A stretch of 64,000 nucleotides of DNA from assembly GCA_963780265.1 (NCBI GenBank), contig CAWABQ010000018.1, positions 2,558-66,557 on the forward strand. Reading direction: 5' to 3'. The translations under genes were made by a program, and so were the position numbers. The notes beneath the pieces were generated by a model that saw only the letters and a program-made list of their open reading frames with translations, was not told where the DNA came from and made no database searches. The DNA is from Candidatus Bathyarchaeota archaeon. GTDB lineage: Archaea; Thermoproteota; Bathyarchaeia; 40CM-2-53-6. Below are positions 1 to 10,010 of the stretch, one piece after another (position 1 is the first letter of the stretch; every line of letters begins with the position of its first letter).

Positions 1-47
1 GGAACAATCACCTACGACATTAACCCGACGCCGTCGAACAAACCATC

Positions 48-218
48 ATGAACGCCGTAGACACCCTCCGATCTACTTACGATATTCACAACTTGCGGAA
101 GATGCTTGATGTCGACGCATTGCCCCTCGGGGCTTCGCTTCGAATCCCTGTCCTTACTCGAGAGGCCAGGGTTATCATGGATTTCACTTTTTGGACCCAC
201 CGGGAGCTGGCAACGTAG
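48..218 (+). CDS. Small phage protein (56 aa), hypothetical
   Basis: ATG-initiated ORF (MNAVDTLRSTYDIHNL...) read manually. Its TAG stop abuts the ATG of the next gene. Below the ORF-track size cut-off. Confidence 0.4.
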   Translation: MNAVDTLRSTYDIHNLRKMLDVDALPLGASLRIPVLTREARVIMDFTFWTHRELAT

Positions 219-440
219 ATGCATGAACTTCCCAAGGCGTTGAACGCCGACTGGGCGCCGTTGACCTGGCATTTCTATCAGGCCCAGGACGGAAAGCCGA
301 CGGTGTACATCAACGACGGATTCGACTTGCTCTCCTTGGCCAGACATATGATTGAATTTGATGGGACCGTGCGGCCAAGCGTACTCTGCACAACATGCGG
401 CTTCCACGATGACGTCAAGCTTCTAGGATGGGTTCCATAG
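219..440 (+). CDS. Phage protein, hypothetical (head-tail joining region by position)
   Basis: 73-aa ORF, translationally coupled on both sides (tagATG). Confidence 0.45.
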   Translation: MHELPKALNADWAPLTWHFYQAQDGKPTVYINDGFDLLSLARHMIEFDGTVRPSVLCTTCGFHDDVKLLGWVP

Positions 441-797
441 ATGCCTGGTTTCAGTATTCAGATCATATCGGACACGGTGACGGCTAAACTCATTGCGGCC
501 GCGCAGCTGATGGCGCAGGGTATCCAGGACGGGTTGGAGGCAGCTGGCGCGGATATGGAAGCCACCGCCAAGCAGATAGTCCCGGTGAGAACCGGTTTCC
601 TGCGAAGCACCATCTACCATCAAGTTGACCCCGTGGCCCTCAGCCTAGAAGTCGGCGCCGACGCTGACTACGCGTTCTTCGTGGAGATGGGAACCAGGCG
701 GATGGCTGCGGAACCGTACATTCGGCCGGCCTTCGACGCCCACCAAGACCAACTCCTGCAAGCCTTGACCCTCGGCATCATGTCGGCCTTCCAGTAG
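441..797 (+). CDS. HK97 gp10-family tail completion / head-tail connector protein
   Basis: 118 aa. The ...AKQIVPVRTGFLRSTI...ADYAFFVEMGTRRMAAEPYIRPA pattern is typical of the HK97 gp10 family. Confidence 0.8.
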   Translation: MPGFSIQIISDTVTAKLIAAAQLMAQGIQDGLEAAGADMEATAKQIVPVRTGFLRSTIYHQVDPVALSLEVGADADYAFFVEMGTRRMAAEPYIRPAFDAHQDQLLQALTLGIMSAFQ

Positions 798-845
798 TTT
801 TCCTTGTCACAGTCTCATTGAGACCTGACGGAGCGTGAAAAATAT

Positions 846-1283
846 TTGCCAAAATACGATGGTGATGAGGTTGAAGTCCGCATAGGAATAAGCGCGGCCG
901 CCGCCACAGCCGCAACGCCCGTAACTAACCTGGAGAGCATCACATACAAAGCTGACCAAAGCGCCACAGAAGTGCCCGTAGGCATCGGCTCTCGAGCGAC
1001 AGAAGTCCATGAGAAACTCGTCAAGTACACCGGGGCAATTACCCGCTGGAACGATGAAGTCGCGACTGTATCTGGAGGCACGGGATCCCTAGCAACGGAC
1101 GTAGGCGCTTTCACAACAGCAGCGTTGACACCGCTCTACGTGGAAATCAAGAACAAGACGTCAGCTACGAAGATCCAGTTGGTCGGTTGCATAGGCCTCT
1201 ACTCAGAGGACCTCAAGAGCCCTGACGGGTTCCTGATGGAAACCTGGGACTTCAAGTTCTCCTCGATAACCAAGAGCCCATAG
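846..1283 (+). CDS. Putative major tail protein
   Basis: 145 aa with a TTG start. Sits between the gp10-like gene and the tail chaperone. Assigned by synteny only. Confidence 0.5.
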   Translation: MPKYDGDEVEVRIGISAAAATAATPVTNLESITYKADQSATEVPVGIGSRATEVHEKLVKYTGAITRWNDEVATVSGGTGSLATDVGAFTTAALTPLYVEIKNKTSATKIQLVGCIGLYSEDLKSPDGFLMETWDFKFSSITKSP

Positions 1284-1320
1284 GGCTTTTGTTAGCCCTT
1301 AAGATTGGAGAGATGGAGAT

Positions 1321-1635
1321 ATGGAGAAAAGTACCTTAGCGAAAGCAGACGCCAAGCCCCCCAACACTATTTCTTCCGGCGTAACTCAGCCTAGCGGTAG
1401 CGCCGACCTGAAATTCCTGGTCAGCTTCGGTGTTGTGATCAGCTGCCGGCTTGGCGACGTGGAACACATACGCAGCCTGATCCAGGGAGTGGGCGGTCGC
1501 ATCGTGTTCCAAACCGTGAGTAACGGTCCCCTCTTTCTGTTTCGTGCAGGTCAAGTGGAGAGGGCCCTGGCTGGTGATGTTTCCGCGCTTGCGGAAATTC
1601 ACAATAAGAAAACAAGAAGGAGTGAGAAGTTTTGA
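1321..1635 (+). CDS. Hypothetical phage protein
   Basis: 104-aa ORF co-oriented with the module. An antisense ORF of similar length exists, so coding is uncertain. Confidence 0.3.
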   Translation: MEKSTLAKADAKPPNTISSGVTQPSGSADLKFLVSFGVVISCRLGDVEHIRSLIQGVGGRIVFQTVSNGPLFLFRAGQVERALAGDVSALAEIHNKKTRRSEKF

Positions 1636-2003
1636 GTGAGAAAAGGCAAGCAATCCTGGAAGCTCGAGAACAGAACAGAGAACTAGCGAAACAAATCGAA
1701 CAGGGAACCAGCTACCATAAACCCGTCGAAATCAGAGGCAAAGACAACGAACTGCACACGTTCGAAGTCTTTCCTATGTCCGACGCAGACCTGGCAGAAC
1801 TCTTGGAGACTACGAACGTTGACCTGAAGGATATTGGCAACAGGGACAAGATGTTGACGAACGTAAAATTCCTTATGAAAGGTGCCGCCATCGTTACCGG
1901 CGTCCCCGACATCGCCAAGGCATTGATGCCCATGGAATCCCTGAAGTTGATTTCGAAAGGCTTCGAGCTCAGCGGCCTGACTGGGGGCCCAAAACCCGCC
2001 TAG
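1632..2003 (+). CDS. Tail assembly chaperone (lambda G-like)
   Basis: 123 aa and acidic, lying between the major tail and tape measure genes. A slippery heptamer sits 7 nt before its stop. Confidence 0.6.
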   Translation: MSEKRQAILEAREQNRELAKQIEQGTSYHKPVEIRGKDNELHTFEVFPMSDADLAELLETTNVDLKDIGNRDKMLTNVKFLMKGAAIVTGVPDIAKALMPMESLKLISKGFELSGLTGGPKPA

Positions 2004-2155
2004 GTGCATTCGCCCAGGGGTCCGTCTACTCGGCCCCCCTCGAAGTCCTGGTATCAGGGTTCGGTTATCGGCTAACGGACCGTATGGACGAGCTCACCCC
2101 ACTGCAGCGAAACTGGCTGCTACAAATTTTCAAGAAAGAACATTCGAGGAAGTGA
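1632..2155 (+). CDS. Predicted -1 frameshift fusion product (lambda GT-like)
   Basis: After the slip the reading is ...GGPK/TRLGAFAQGSVYSAPLEVLVSGFGYRLTDRMDELTPLQRNWLLQIFKKEHSRK, adding about 54 aa. Confidence 0.5.
1988..1994 (+). promoter_or_regulatory. Candidate -1 programmed ribosomal frameshift site C_CCA_AAA
   Basis: Matches X_XXY_YYZ in the zero frame of the chaperone gene. The -1 frame stays open from here to TGA at 2153-2155. Confidence 0.6.
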
Positions 2156-2183
2156 CCTGAATTGAGTACGAATAGAGATACTT

Positions 2184-2285
2184 GTGACCCAATTCGGCTA
2201 CAAACTCACCAATCGGGTAGAAGACCTCACTCCCTTGCTAAGGGCGTGGTTTCTGGAGATATTTGCCAAGCAACGCCGTAGTTAG
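2184..2285 (+). CDS. Small ORF paralogous to the frameshift extension
   Basis: GTG-initiated, 33 aa: VTQFGYKLTNRVEDLTPLLRAWFLEIFAKQRRS. About 16 of 30 residues match the extension peptide at 2060-2152. Confidence 0.35.
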   Translation: MTQFGYKLTNRVEDLTPLLRAWFLEIFAKQRRS

Positions 2286-2459
2286 TGCTTGCGAAGCAGA
2301 CGAGACTCGGACCGATAATCTCGCCTTATTCTGTAGAATTTCAATCGCTCGCTTCGCGTCGTTGTACTAATTCAAAGCTCTCTAGCTATCTCTGGGAACT
2401 CCTTCTGATGCTCATTTCACTTTTTGGGCACTGGAATCCTTGCGATTGTTGAATGCGCT

Positions 2460-3430
2460 CTAAAAATGCGTTTGGTCTTCGACTATCCAAGAATTCTGCC
2501 AGTTGATAGTATCACTTGCAGGAAGGGGAACCCAATTCGCGTGTAAACAATCAGTCGAGCCGCAATTAGCCGTCCAATAGCCGTAAGGAACTGTGTTAAA
2601 GGGATAAACCGGTTTGTACGGATCAAGGATTTCACCTGTCTTTCCACCCGCAGTACCTAGCTCTAAATGGACAACGATGCTTCTGGTATATCCTCTGTGT
2701 CCTGCTAATGCTACTGGTTGATATCTGGATACACTATCACCTATTCTCACAAGAACTTCTGAACTGTGAGCGAGGCCAATATCATATCCTAGAGTTGAAA
2801 TAATAACCCAGTTATCGGGTGTATCTGGGTAAGCTCTTGTTACAATTCCGGGCGCAAGGACGGAATAATATCACCTTCTTCCGCCAGAAAGTGGGTGCCG
2901 GAATCATTATCAACACTCTCGTCAGTGGCCCCGTTCCAGGCCAAAGTGGAGCCTTTACGAGGATCCCTGTCATAATAACCACCATGGTCAAGATCAATTC
3001 CTTTCTTCGGATAACTTAGAAATCCTTGCAGCAATCCAATGCTCATCTTAGGATTGTTTTCACCAACAGCAATATAGTAACCATGCATAATTCGTCTGAC
3101 TTCGTTAACGCTCTGGCACATGTAAGGGAATTCATCAGTAACTGGATACACAGAATAATTCCCTTTTGGAAGATCGACTTTGAAATCTCCAGACGAATCA
3201 GTAGTCGCTGTTGCAACAACCTTAGTTACGACAATAGCATCAGTAATTATGACCTGCGCGTTTTGAACTGGTGGCTCGCTGTCAGTATCATCCTGTATCC
3301 CGTTCCCTGCGGTTCCATACTGGCTAGTACCCCTGTCGAAAAAGAGCCTTCCTTCCTGCGTGTAAGTCTGCGGGGAAGTGGAGTAGGTTGCGTTTGAGGA
3401 CTCGGTAATCTCCTGGGTGAGGCTGGTCAT
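2460..3430 (-). pseudogene. Carboxypeptidase-regulatory-like plus M23 metallopeptidase, apparent frameshift near 2858-2864
   Basis: The upstream frame ends ...SGTHFLAEEGDIIPSLRPEL*. The next frame continues VLAPGIVTRAYPD...IGDSVSRYQPVALAGHRGYTRSIVVHLELG, an M23 HxH-type core. A 1-nt deletion would explain the break. Confidence 0.6.
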
Positions 3431-3705
3431 CTCCTGCCCCGGGTTGTATTCTGCGGATAAAGCGCATTCCTGATTGGCCCGCCATAAAGAAAATCAGCCA
3501 ATAACCCAGCAACTCCAACGGTTGCAATCAACCCCCCGATAACGAATTTTCTCCTTGTTGCTTGGAAATGAGTTAGCCCATTATTCTCTCCGCTGTAAAT
3601 CATTTCGACATTTTTCTTGATTGCGCTGTTCATTGAGTAAGGAGTGGTCAGCGGTTCGGATGCTTTTATTGCCAATCGGTTTATGAGCTCTCTTATGTCC
3701 TTCAT
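3427..3705 (-). CDS. Small membrane-anchored protein
   Basis: 92 aa with one TM segment (FVIGGLIATVGVAGLLADFL). ATGA overlap with the downstream peptidase ORF. Confidence 0.5.
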   Translation of the reverse strand: MKDIRELINRLAIKASEPLTTPYSMNSAIKKNVEMIYSGENNGLTHFQATRRKFVIGGLIATVGVAGLLADFLYGGPIRNALYPQNTTRGRR

Positions 3706-3947
3706 ACACTCACAGCTTGTTTTCAGCGTGATCTAGTCTGACCTGGGTCCCCACGCCAGAAGGAAACATCTCCAAGAAAGCAATAGTCCGAGTTGCATTT
3801 ACTCTTGTTGCTTTGCAAGAAGTTATGAAAACTGCGAAAGCCGTGAGAACTATCTTCTTCGTTTCTTATCCAAAGATTCTCACGGGTTCTGTACTCAACT
3901 CCTAATGGAATGACTGAGTTGAACTTCAAGTTTCTTGAAGTCCTGCT

Positions 3948-4822
3948 TCAATCACGGCTCTCTTCTCTTGTATAAGAATCCACGGGGCGATTTGATTGAG
4001 CGCCTCCACAACACGGTCCGCACAAAAGGCCGGATTTGTATTGATTCTCATGTTCCCACAGGCGAAGAATATGCCACTTGTTCGCCTTGAGGATCATGTC
4101 GTGTAGGACATCTCTAGAGCGCACATCTGGGCGATTATGCCAGTAGTCACCATCACAAAACACAGCCAGTTTCTTTTCAGGGAAGGCGATATCTGCCTGA
4201 CACCGATTCAGAACCGGATAATGCTTTGCAAAGACCAATCCCCGGTTTGTCAACTCAAACTGCATCGATCGCTCAATTCCCGTGTCCCTGGTCGGGAAGA
4301 TTTGACGCAGCCTCGCTTTCCGAATTTTCTCGCGTTTTCCTGCGAAACTTTGCGTCCCCGAAGTTTCTCGCGTGTTGACTGCGAAACATGACAGCCCCTC
4401 CTTGCTTCATGCAAAATATTCAGTCGCCGTTCGCGCTCTATCGGTGAGAGGCCCTTCCAGTATTCCTTGTGTTTCCGTGCAGCGTTCGCACGAATTGAAA
4501 GTAAGCGGCTGGTGTTCGCTACTCCAAGACAGTGTAGCGAACAATACTTCGGGCTTCGGGTTCCTGGGCGCCTTCGCCTGCTATCCGAAACGTGGAACGG
4601 TTTACCACATCGCATACATGCAAGAGTGACACCTGATTTGTTCCAAGGTATGCGCCCCCGTTTCTTCAAAGACGCAGAGGGGTATCTTTTCCCTGTATGA
4701 ATTGCAACCATATGTTGACGGTATTTAGAATCTCGCCAAACTTCTCTTTGTACTTCGGATCGCATGGCGCGGAAACTCTCGGGCATCTTCCGGTCTTTGT
4801 TCCATGGAACCTGATTGGACAT
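3948..4822 (-). pseudogene. Free-standing homing-endonuclease-like gene: NUMOD3-type repeats plus a Vsr/DUF559-like PD-(D/E)XK nuclease, split by a frameshift near 4310-4324
   Basis: The N-terminal ORF has VPWNKDRK, IPWNKSG and HVSQSTREKLRGRKVSQENARKFGK motifs. The C-terminal ORF has ADIAFPEKKLAVFCDGDYWH...WHILRLWEHE. The nuclease frame stays open upstream through the junction. Confidence 0.6.
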
Positions 4823-4965
4823 TGTTAGGGGAGTTACGATCGCTGGTTTACCTAAGAAAGCGATAGGTGGGTGAAAGTAACGGATTGTCTACGAATATCG
4901 GATCCATCGTATAGTAGCAGCAGCTACGCGAATTTGCGATCCAAGCTGTAGATGAAGCATCGGGT

Positions 4966-7222
4966 GTGATGGGGAAGATTTCTGCTGCCATGGGTTTAAT
5001 CGGTTCGGAGCTTGAGACACTCGGCCCAGGTTTCTCGCAACTTGGCCAGGTGATCCAGGGCTTTGCTGTCGGTGGCCCGGCCGGTGCGGCGATCGTAGGC
5101 CTCGGTGAAATCGCCAAAGGCATACAGGACAGTGTTGCAGCTGCGGCTGGCCTGCAGACAGTGTGGACTGACCTGCAGTCAACCATGCATTTGACCGGCG
5201 CCGCATGGGACGCGATGAAAACCCAGATTGACGCTGTCGTTGAATCCCTTCGAACAACCACAACATTCAGCGACACGCAACTGATTGGAGCCTTTCAGCG
5301 ATTATCAACTTATGGCATGACAGCCGCCCAGTCCATGGATGCGTTGAGGGCTGCAACTGAGCTGCGGCAGCGAAGCATATTGACCTTGAAACTGCAGCGA
5401 CCGCCCTCGGCAAAGCGTTTCAAGGAAATGATATGCTGCTTGTCAGGTACGGTGTTGACGTTGCTACCGTAGCCAAGCAAGTATCGTTGGGTACTGAAGC
5501 CATCAAAGAAATGGGCGTTAATCTTGAGAGCGCTGGGACAACGCAGCTTACAGCCTTCTCTGCTGCAGTGACAGCGGCAGGCTTGAGTCTTACAGATGCA
5601 AACGGGAAGTTGCTTACTCACGCAGCAGTTCTGAAAGAGATAACGGCCGCGTGGAAGGCTGGCTCTATTGACGCTGATCAACTGTCAACGATTGTAGGCG
5701 CCCTCGGCATCAACTTCCAAGGCAGCAAAGCCCTGGCTATGGATTACGCGGCTGTGCTTGGCCAGGTGAACACGCAATATGGAGGCGCCGCCCAAGCCCA
5801 GGCGACCACCTACGCCGGCCTCCAGGAGCGCCTAGCGAATGCGTTCCAGGTGGTGAGTGAGAAAATTGGCACCATGCTTCTCCCAGCCCTGACTTCTATC
5901 CTGGAAGCGCTCCTTCCAGTCATTGATGGTTTCAGCAGGGGCGTCGACGCGATACAATCATGGGTTGCAGCTGTAGGGAAAATCCCTGCTGTGCAAGGCG
6001 CGGTTAGTGCCTTCCAGGGCGTTTGGGACGGCCTCACAAAATCCTTCGACAATGCCTGGAACTCGGTGAAAGGAGACTTCATGCCGGCACTGCAGGACCT
6101 GCAGAACGCTTTCAACGAACTCGCTACCGCCCTGCAGCCCGTATGGGATGCTCTCAACGAACTATGGCATGCGGTCACTGGCAGCACTGGCGACTTCAAC
6201 ATATTCCAAGCGCTTCTCGAAGGCGTCGTGTTCGTAATCAAAGCCCTCGCAGAAGGCATCCGCCTAGTCATCCCCATTGTCAGTTTGTTCGCGCAAGGTT
6301 TCAAACTCCTCGCCGACATTATTGGGCCACCCATCACGTGGATCATGAACACGCTAGGCGCGTCTTCAAATGGTTGACCGATGGATTCCAGGCGTTCTAC
6401 GATTGGCTTGTCGGCCACTCCCTCTGGCAAGACCTGTGGGCTAAGGTTTGGGATGTGGTAGACAGCGCTATCATCGGCCTGGTCAGCAGACTTACAGGCG
6501 GACTGTTCGATTGGTTGAAAAGCAGTTTCACCGACACCGTTAGCGCCATTCAAGGCAGTTGGAACAGCATCGTTAGCGCCGTTACGAACTCACTCGATAC
6601 AATTTCCACCAAGATTCGAGGACAGTTCCCTGAGCTGTCCAAAATCATCACCGGCGGAACAGAGATACTGAAAGGCAACTGGATGCAGGGAATAAGTGAC
6701 ATTGCAGCCGCGCTTCCAGGAGCCTGGGCGGAAATCACTTCAGCAATCTCGAAAGCCCTAAGCGACCTAAACACGGTGCTTGCAAATGCGTGGACTCAGA
6801 TGCAAAGCGCCGCTCAGTCAGCTTTCAATGAGCTGCAAGGCATCGTGAACAACGCTCTCTCAGGTATAGCTGCAGCCGCAAACGCTCTCTGGAACAGTTT
6901 AACGCATCACTCCATTTGGCCGGACATGATGGCTGAACTTGTAGCTCAAACAAAGGCCGGCTTGGACGCAGTTCAAGGTGAATTTCAGGATGCCTTCGCA
7001 TCTCCTACCGGGATTATTCAGACCGTGCAGGCAGGCGGTCAAGCAACAGCTGCCGCGAGTAGCCCAGCCGCAGCGTCTGCAACCCCTGGAAGCCTGGATA
7101 CAAGCCAGGCGATCACCTTACCCATCAACGTGTACCTGGACGGCCAGCAGATCCAAGCCTTCCTCGAGAAGCGCATCGTGGCAACCATGGTGAGAGATGC
7201 GAGTAGGAGTAAGCGAGCATAG
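4966..7222 (+). pseudogene. Tail tape measure protein, read in three frames (shifts near 5362 and 6360)
   Basis: ORFs 4966-5472, 5361-6377 and about 6360-7222 join into a continuous helical Ala/Gly-rich protein (...ALRAATEL/AAAAKHIDLETAATALGKAFQGN... and ...PPITWIMNTLGA/FKWLTDGFQAFYDWL...). Confidence 0.75.
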
Positions 7223-9934
7223 ATGCCGGGCAACCTAGCCAAAACATTATCCGGCCTGATCGTCGCGGAGACCTTCGAATCATACCCGAACGGCTGGACC
7301 TTCAGCCAATCCGGCCAAGTCTCAGGGCATGGCTGCTTGGCGACTGCCGGCGTCGGCTCACCAAGAACCGGCCATGCCGGCAACAACATGTGGCTTGAAA
7401 TCCTTGGCGCCATCGGCGACACTCCCGATGAAGGTTGGGTGAAAGACCAATGGGCACAACTCGTCAAGACCCTAAACCTCGGTTCAGGCGCAGGACGAGT
7501 TGCCAAGGTCTTTCGCGGCTGCGGTTTCAGTGAACCCGTCTACGACGACTTCCTAGGCTCAGCGTACAACGGAGGCTTATGGACGCTTGACAATGGCAGT
7601 GCACCAACAGTCGCAAGCAGCATCGCGACCTTCGCTGTTGGCAGCACCGCACATACCAGGCTGGTGTCAACGACTAGCTACACGAGAGCCTCCAGCAACA
7701 ACCAAGGCTCTATGACGTGGGCTTTCCGAATCCGCAACACCGGAGGCGCTACGGCTAGGCTTTTCGCCGTTTGGAAAGGAAACGACAGCGACGGAATATT
7801 TCTACAGTTCACGTCCATGGCAGTTCAGCTATGCACGAAAAGTGGAGGAAGTCTAGTCCTTGGCGCCGGCATCGCCGTGGATTTAACAGTATTCCACACA
7901 ATCACAGTCACGTGGACCGCGGTCCCTGGTGGTGGCTTCAATGTTGAGATGTTTATCGACGGCGCATCGGCCGACATACATGCAACGGACATTGGCACCG
8001 GTTCAGACCCCATGGCGCTTGGCGCGCATTACAGCAGCACCGACTATGCTGGTTACGATGTGGACTGGTTGGGTGAAAGCGTCCAACCAGGTTGCGCAAA
8101 GGTGTCCTTCATCGTTGGCACGATGACATGGTTCAATGAGAACGCGGGACTTGACGGCCGCGACCCCCACAGCCTCAAAGATAACTCGTACTACCCCATC
8201 CCCGTCGCTTCGATGGCAACGTGGCAAGCGATCACGGACACTGGGAATCAGACCGCCACGTTCAAAGTTCTAAATGCAAACGTCAGGGGTGTTGGGTGGC
8301 CGTATGATGCGTTTCGTAGAAACATGTACTTCGACATTGACGATTTCCTGGTGATGGCAGGCCTCCTTCTCACGGTCAACGCGCTGTCGGGTGGCCAGAA
8401 GGTTGAACTGTACGATAGCGGTGGATCCCTGCGTCAAACTGCCACATGTCCCGTAACGAACACTCCGATTACTTTTGATTTGAGCGGCCTGATACCTTCA
8501 GCGTTCGGCTTCTATGGTTACATGAAAGTGTACGACACAGATGGCATCACCCTTCTCTACACGACACCGACCATGTACAGCTTCGGTGGTGATGGATGGA
8601 CATGGGTTGGTGCAGCGTCGCAAATAGTTCTCGCCGCGGATAATCCGAAAATCTATCGCACCGGCGCCGGCTTGAGCCCTGGGACCGCTACGGTCACCGC
8701 TACGATGACGAATGTGGCGACAGGCCTCCCCGTTTCCGGCGAGACTTTGGCATGGTCATGCTTCCTTGGTTCAGTGAGTCCCGCATCGAGCGTCACGGAT
8801 GCAAACGGCCATGCGTCGACCGTCTTCACTCCCTCGGCAGCTGCTGGCCTGGGAGGTGTTCGATGCGACTTTGCCGGCGACAGTAATTATTCCCCAGGCT
8901 TCGGGATCCAACTCATTGACGTCTACTACGCCCTGCCAGCAGGGGATGCAACGAAGGACTTTCAAGTCTTCGTGCAGGGACAGGAAATGCCGTACAACAG
9001 CGGCAACTACAAGCTTTCTTCAGACTTCAAACCTCAAACCTTCACCGTGACCGGGCCCCTCGGCCCATTGACGGGATTCTGGTGGGCTGTTGAAATCTAC
9101 CGGCTAGGCGTGAAGGAGTTCCAGGGTCGAATCCTGACCCGGAGGCGAGTAAGCGGTGCCAGCGCCCAACTCACCATCACCGGCGTCGACGAAACTATCA
9201 TGCTGCAGAGGCGTGTGGCTAACCGGAATTACCTGGACGACCCGAAATACATCATCCAGGACCTTCTCACGCGCTACCCGACCGGAATTGTGGCCGGCAC
9301 GATTTCATTATTCGCTAATACGATCAGCCTCCCCATAACCTACGACAACGTGTACGATGCGCTGGTTCAAATCGCTAATGCGACCGGTTGGATCATCCGA
9401 CGGAACATAACGAACACTCTTGATTTCGCCCCGTCCTTTGGGTCCCTGAAGAGTATCAGCATCACCGTGGGCGGCAGCAGCGGTGTCACCGCGGACCATA
9501 CTGAAGACGCGACGCAACTAGATACGAAGGTTGTTGTAATAGGCAACCCCTCAACCCTGGTCTCCATCTTCGAGGACACGGCCAGCGAGTTGATCTACGG
9601 CTACATTGAGGAGGTCTTCATCGTGAAGACCATCACCGCCCAGGGCACCCTGGACCTGAACGCCCAAACCACCCTAGCCAACCGAAAAGTACCCAGGGAC
9701 ACAATCATCCTGGACTGGATAGACAGCCTGGCCACAGGATCCTACGCGCCTGGGGATTCTCTCACCGTCACCGACGCTGACGCCGGTCTCTCAGGAACCT
9801 ACACGGTCTATGGCATCACACGGGACCTCGCGGACGCATACCTCGCAAAACTCGAGCTCACCACCCGCCTGGTAACAATCGCGGATGCCCTGCAGAGCAT
9901 TCGGTCCGTCGTGAAAGACCTGGGGGTCCTCTAA
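7223..9934 (+). CDS. Large tail tip / baseplate (anti-receptor-like) protein with LamG-like and Ig-like (Big_1-type) domains
   Basis: 903-aa intact ORF starting directly after the tape measure stop (tagATG). An Ig-like segment reads ATVTATMTNVATGLPVSGETLAWS...TDANGHASTVFTP. The C-terminal part resembles siphovirus minor structural/tail proteins. Confidence 0.65.
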   Translation: MPGNLAKTLSGLIVAETFESYPNGWTFSQSGQVSGHGCLATAGVGSPRTGHAGNNMWLEILGAIGDTPDEGWVKDQWAQLVKTLNLGSGAGRVAKVFRGCGFSEPVYDDFLGSAYNGGLWTLDNGSAPTVASSIATFAVGSTAHTRLVSTTSYTRASSNNQGSMTWAFRIRNTGGATARLFAVWKGNDSDGIFLQFTSMAVQLCTKSGGSLVLGAGIAVDLTVFHTITVTWTAVPGGGFNVEMFIDGASADIHATDIGTGSDPMALGAHYSSTDYAGYDVDWLGESVQPGCAKVSFIVGTMTWFNENAGLDGRDPHSLKDNSYYPIPVASMATWQAITDTGNQTATFKVLNANVRGVGWPYDAFRRNMYFDIDDFLVMAGLLLTVNALSGGQKVELYDSGGSLRQTATCPVTNTPITFDLSGLIPSAFGFYGYMKVYDTDGITLLYTTPTMYSFGGDGWTWVGAASQIVLAADNPKIYRTGAGLSPGTATVTATMTNVATGLPVSGETLAWSCFLGSVSPASSVTDANGHASTVFTPSAAAGLGGVRCDFAGDSNYSPGFGIQLIDVYYALPAGDATKDFQVFVQGQEMPYNSGNYKLSSDFKPQTFTVTGPLGPLTGFWWAVEIYRLGVKEFQGRILTRRRVSGASAQLTITGVDETIMLQRRVANRNYLDDPKYIIQDLLTRYPTGIVAGTISLFANTISLPITYDNVYDALVQIANATGWIIRRNITNTLDFAPSFGSLKSISITVGGSSGVTADHTEDATQLDTKVVVIGNPSTLVSIFEDTASELIYGYIEEVFIVKTITAQGTLDLNAQTTLANRKVPRDTIILDWIDSLATGSYAPGDSLTVTDADAGLSGTYTVYGITRDLADAYLAKLELTTRLVTIADALQSIRSVVKDLGVL

Positions 9935-10010
9935 TGCAAATCCAAGGCATCACGCTTCCACAAGTACAGTTCATTCGCTGAGTTTTCTTTCCAACTTAGC
10001 ACCTTCACGA

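Noticed and set aside
12-407. 131-aa minus-strand ORF at the window start
   Set aside because: It is antisense to three tightly coupled plus-strand phage genes (48-218, 219-440, 441-797) and has odd composition. Judged a shadow ORF.
5810-7506. Long minus-strand ORFs (5810-6553, 6550-6774, 7039-7506)
   Set aside because: They are antisense to the tape measure and tail tip genes. Ala/Gly-rich coding sequence gives long open antisense frames. No motifs were seen.
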